The notes below the pieces were generated by a model that was given only the letters and a program-made list of their open reading frames with translations, was not told where the DNA came from and ran no database searches. From contig CAWJMB010000002.1 in NCBI GenBank assembly GCA_963843845.1, positions 384,001 through 448,000 of the forward strand: DNA of 64,000 nucleotides, in the 5' to 3' direction. This DNA is from an uncultured Gemmatimonadaceae bacterium. GTDB taxonomy: Bacteria > Gemmatimonadota > Gemmatimonadetes > Gemmatimonadales > Gemmatimonadaceae. How positions within the stretch are numbered: position 1 is the first letter of the stretch; each line of letters begins with the position of its first letter. Position numbers and translations under genes: made by a program. This document shows, one piece after another, positions 62,116-64,000 of the stretch.

Positions 62116-64000
62116 TCAGTATGTGAAACGCGCACTGACCGACCAGACGCGCGGAATGGGGTAGCCGCCGAAGTCGAAGCCGCGGTCCGCGGCCGTCGTC
62201 TGCACGGAGCCGAGCCCGCCGGCGTTCGTGCCGAACAGGTTGATCTCGGGGTCGTAGCCGCTGTAGTCGGTCCACACGACGAGGTTGCGGCCGGAGACGG
62301 TGACGTCGATCCCCTCGCGGAAGATGCGGCGCACCGGCGTCGTGTCGAACGTGTAGGTCGCCGACAGCTCGCGCAGCTTCACGAACGTGCCGTCCTCGAC
62401 CCAGTACTCGAAGATCCCCTGGGTGCGCGCGTTGAAGCCGGGCGGCAGCTTGCGCGGGTCGCCGTACGGCAGCAGCTCGCGCTCGTACTCCTTCGAGTTG
62501 CTCGCGATGCCGGCGTTCTGCGCGCGCGTCGACAGATTCATGATGTCGTTGCCGAACACGCCGTCGAGCAGCCCGCGCAGGCGAAGCTTCTTGCCGATCG
62601 TGAACTCGTTGAGCAGCGACCCCATGAACTTCGGGTTCGGGTCGCCGATGACCGCGTTCAGCGAATCGTTGCAGCGTGCCGCCGCTGATCGCCCGCCGCT
62701 GGGCGAGCGTGGCGCCCAGGTCGACCGTCTGGTTGCTGCGGCGGTACCGGCCCAGCGAGTCGAGGAGCAGCGCGCCCGTGCTGCAGTCGCGCGCGGCGTA
62801 CGAGCCGTAGAACACGCCGGCCGGCTCGCCGGCGCGGATGCGGTTCGGGTAGCCGCCGGCGCTACTGGAAGTCCTGGATCGTGAGGCTCTCGACGCGGTT
62901 GCGGTTCGTCGTGTAGGTGGCCGTCGACGTCCAGCCGAGCTTCGGCAGGTCGAGGTTCGTCGTGCGCAGCGCACCTCGACGCCCTTGTTGGACATCGTGC
63001 CGATCGGGAAGAACTGGCGCGAGAAGCCGGTGCTCGTCGGCAGCGGGCGGAAGAAGAGCAGGTCCGACACGAGCCGGTCGTAGTACCGTGGCCTCGACGC
63101 CGACGCGCCCGCCGAGCACGCCGGCCTCGACGCCGACCTCGATCTCGCGCGCGCGCTCGTTGCGCAGGTCCGGGTTGCCGAACGTGATGTCGTTCGCGAA
63201 GCCCGGGCGCCCGGCGAACGGCGACTGCGCGTAGGAGATGTACTGCGAGTACGCGTTCGTGAGCCCCGGCTGCGACGCCGGCCCAGCCGAGCGCGCCGCG
63301 CAGCCGCAGGTTGTTCAGCAGCCCCGGCCGCGTCGTCGACGACGACGTACGACGCCGAGAACTTCGGGAACGCCTGCCACCGCTCGGAGGGCGCGAACGT
63401 CGACGACGCGTCGTACCGCACGGCCGCCGTCAGGAACAGCCGGTCGCTGAACGCGAGCTCCTGCTGCCCGTAGAAGCCGAGCGTGCGCAGCTCGACGTCG
63501 CGTCTGCGCCGGCGGTGAACACGGAGCCGGCGCCGACGAGCTCGCCCACGGGCGCGAGGCCGTTCGCCGTCGCGTTCGTGAGGTGCACGCGCTGCGACGT
63601 GTAGTTGAACCCGCCGGTCGTGCGCAGCTCGAACGGGCCGAGTGGCGTCCACGTGTAGGTCGCGACGCCGTCCTGGTTGACGACGCGCGTGCTGCTGCAC
63701 GACCGACTGCGACGCGCCCCGTGGCGAGCGGCGCGGTGCCTAGCACGGCGTTCCGCGGCACGAACTGCCGCTGCTCGAAGCCCGTGTTGTCGAGGCCGAC
63801 CGTGTAGTCGAGACAGGAGCTGCGACGTCGGCGTCCAGGTGAGCTTCGTCGAGCCGATGAAACGGTCGATCGACTGCGGGTTGCGGATGCGGTCGATGGC
63901 GAGCAGCGGGTTCGTGCCTAGCGACGGCGGCAGCGGGTAGATGCCGTTGACGGGGCGGAAGTCGACGTTCGTCGGCGCGAAGAACAGCGAGCCCATGATG
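62116..64000 (-). CDS. SusC/RagA TonB-dependent transporter, C-terminal part (truncated by window, frameshifted)
   Basis: GNPDLRNE, IGDPNPKF, VEDGTFVKLRE, GRNL..YSGYDPE, ends FTY. Confidence 0.9.

Overview
Very GC-rich bacterial chromosomal window. Gene content (SusC/SusD pairs, duplicated orphan ABC permease, SARP/BTAD-TPR regulator, carboxypeptidase-regulatory-like proteins) suggests Gemmatimonadota; this is an inference. About 50 genes: regulators (MarR, LysR, two sigma-70 factors, Cys-free DksA-like), a three-subunit PaoABC/XdhABC-type molybdoenzyme, peptidases/hydrolases, VapBC, two UvrA paralogs, a family-B DNA polymerase, transporters and two convergent SusC/SusD pairs. No rRNA, tRNA, CRISPR or transposase was recognised. 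Several blocks carry dense single-base indels, most likely long-read consensus errors. Best candidate for an undescribed system: an ECF-type sigma factor translationally coupled to an HTH-less LexA/UmuD-type S24 autopeptidase, with a GAAC-N4-GTTC LexA-like box just before the start codon (2481-4376), i.e. a possible RecA*-cleavable anti-sigma SOS switch. Also notable: a recurring (C/T)GTTAGGC motif that holds most rare TTA codons, and several intergenic minisatellite-plus-hairpin elements. All product calls come from motif recognition by eye; no searches were run.
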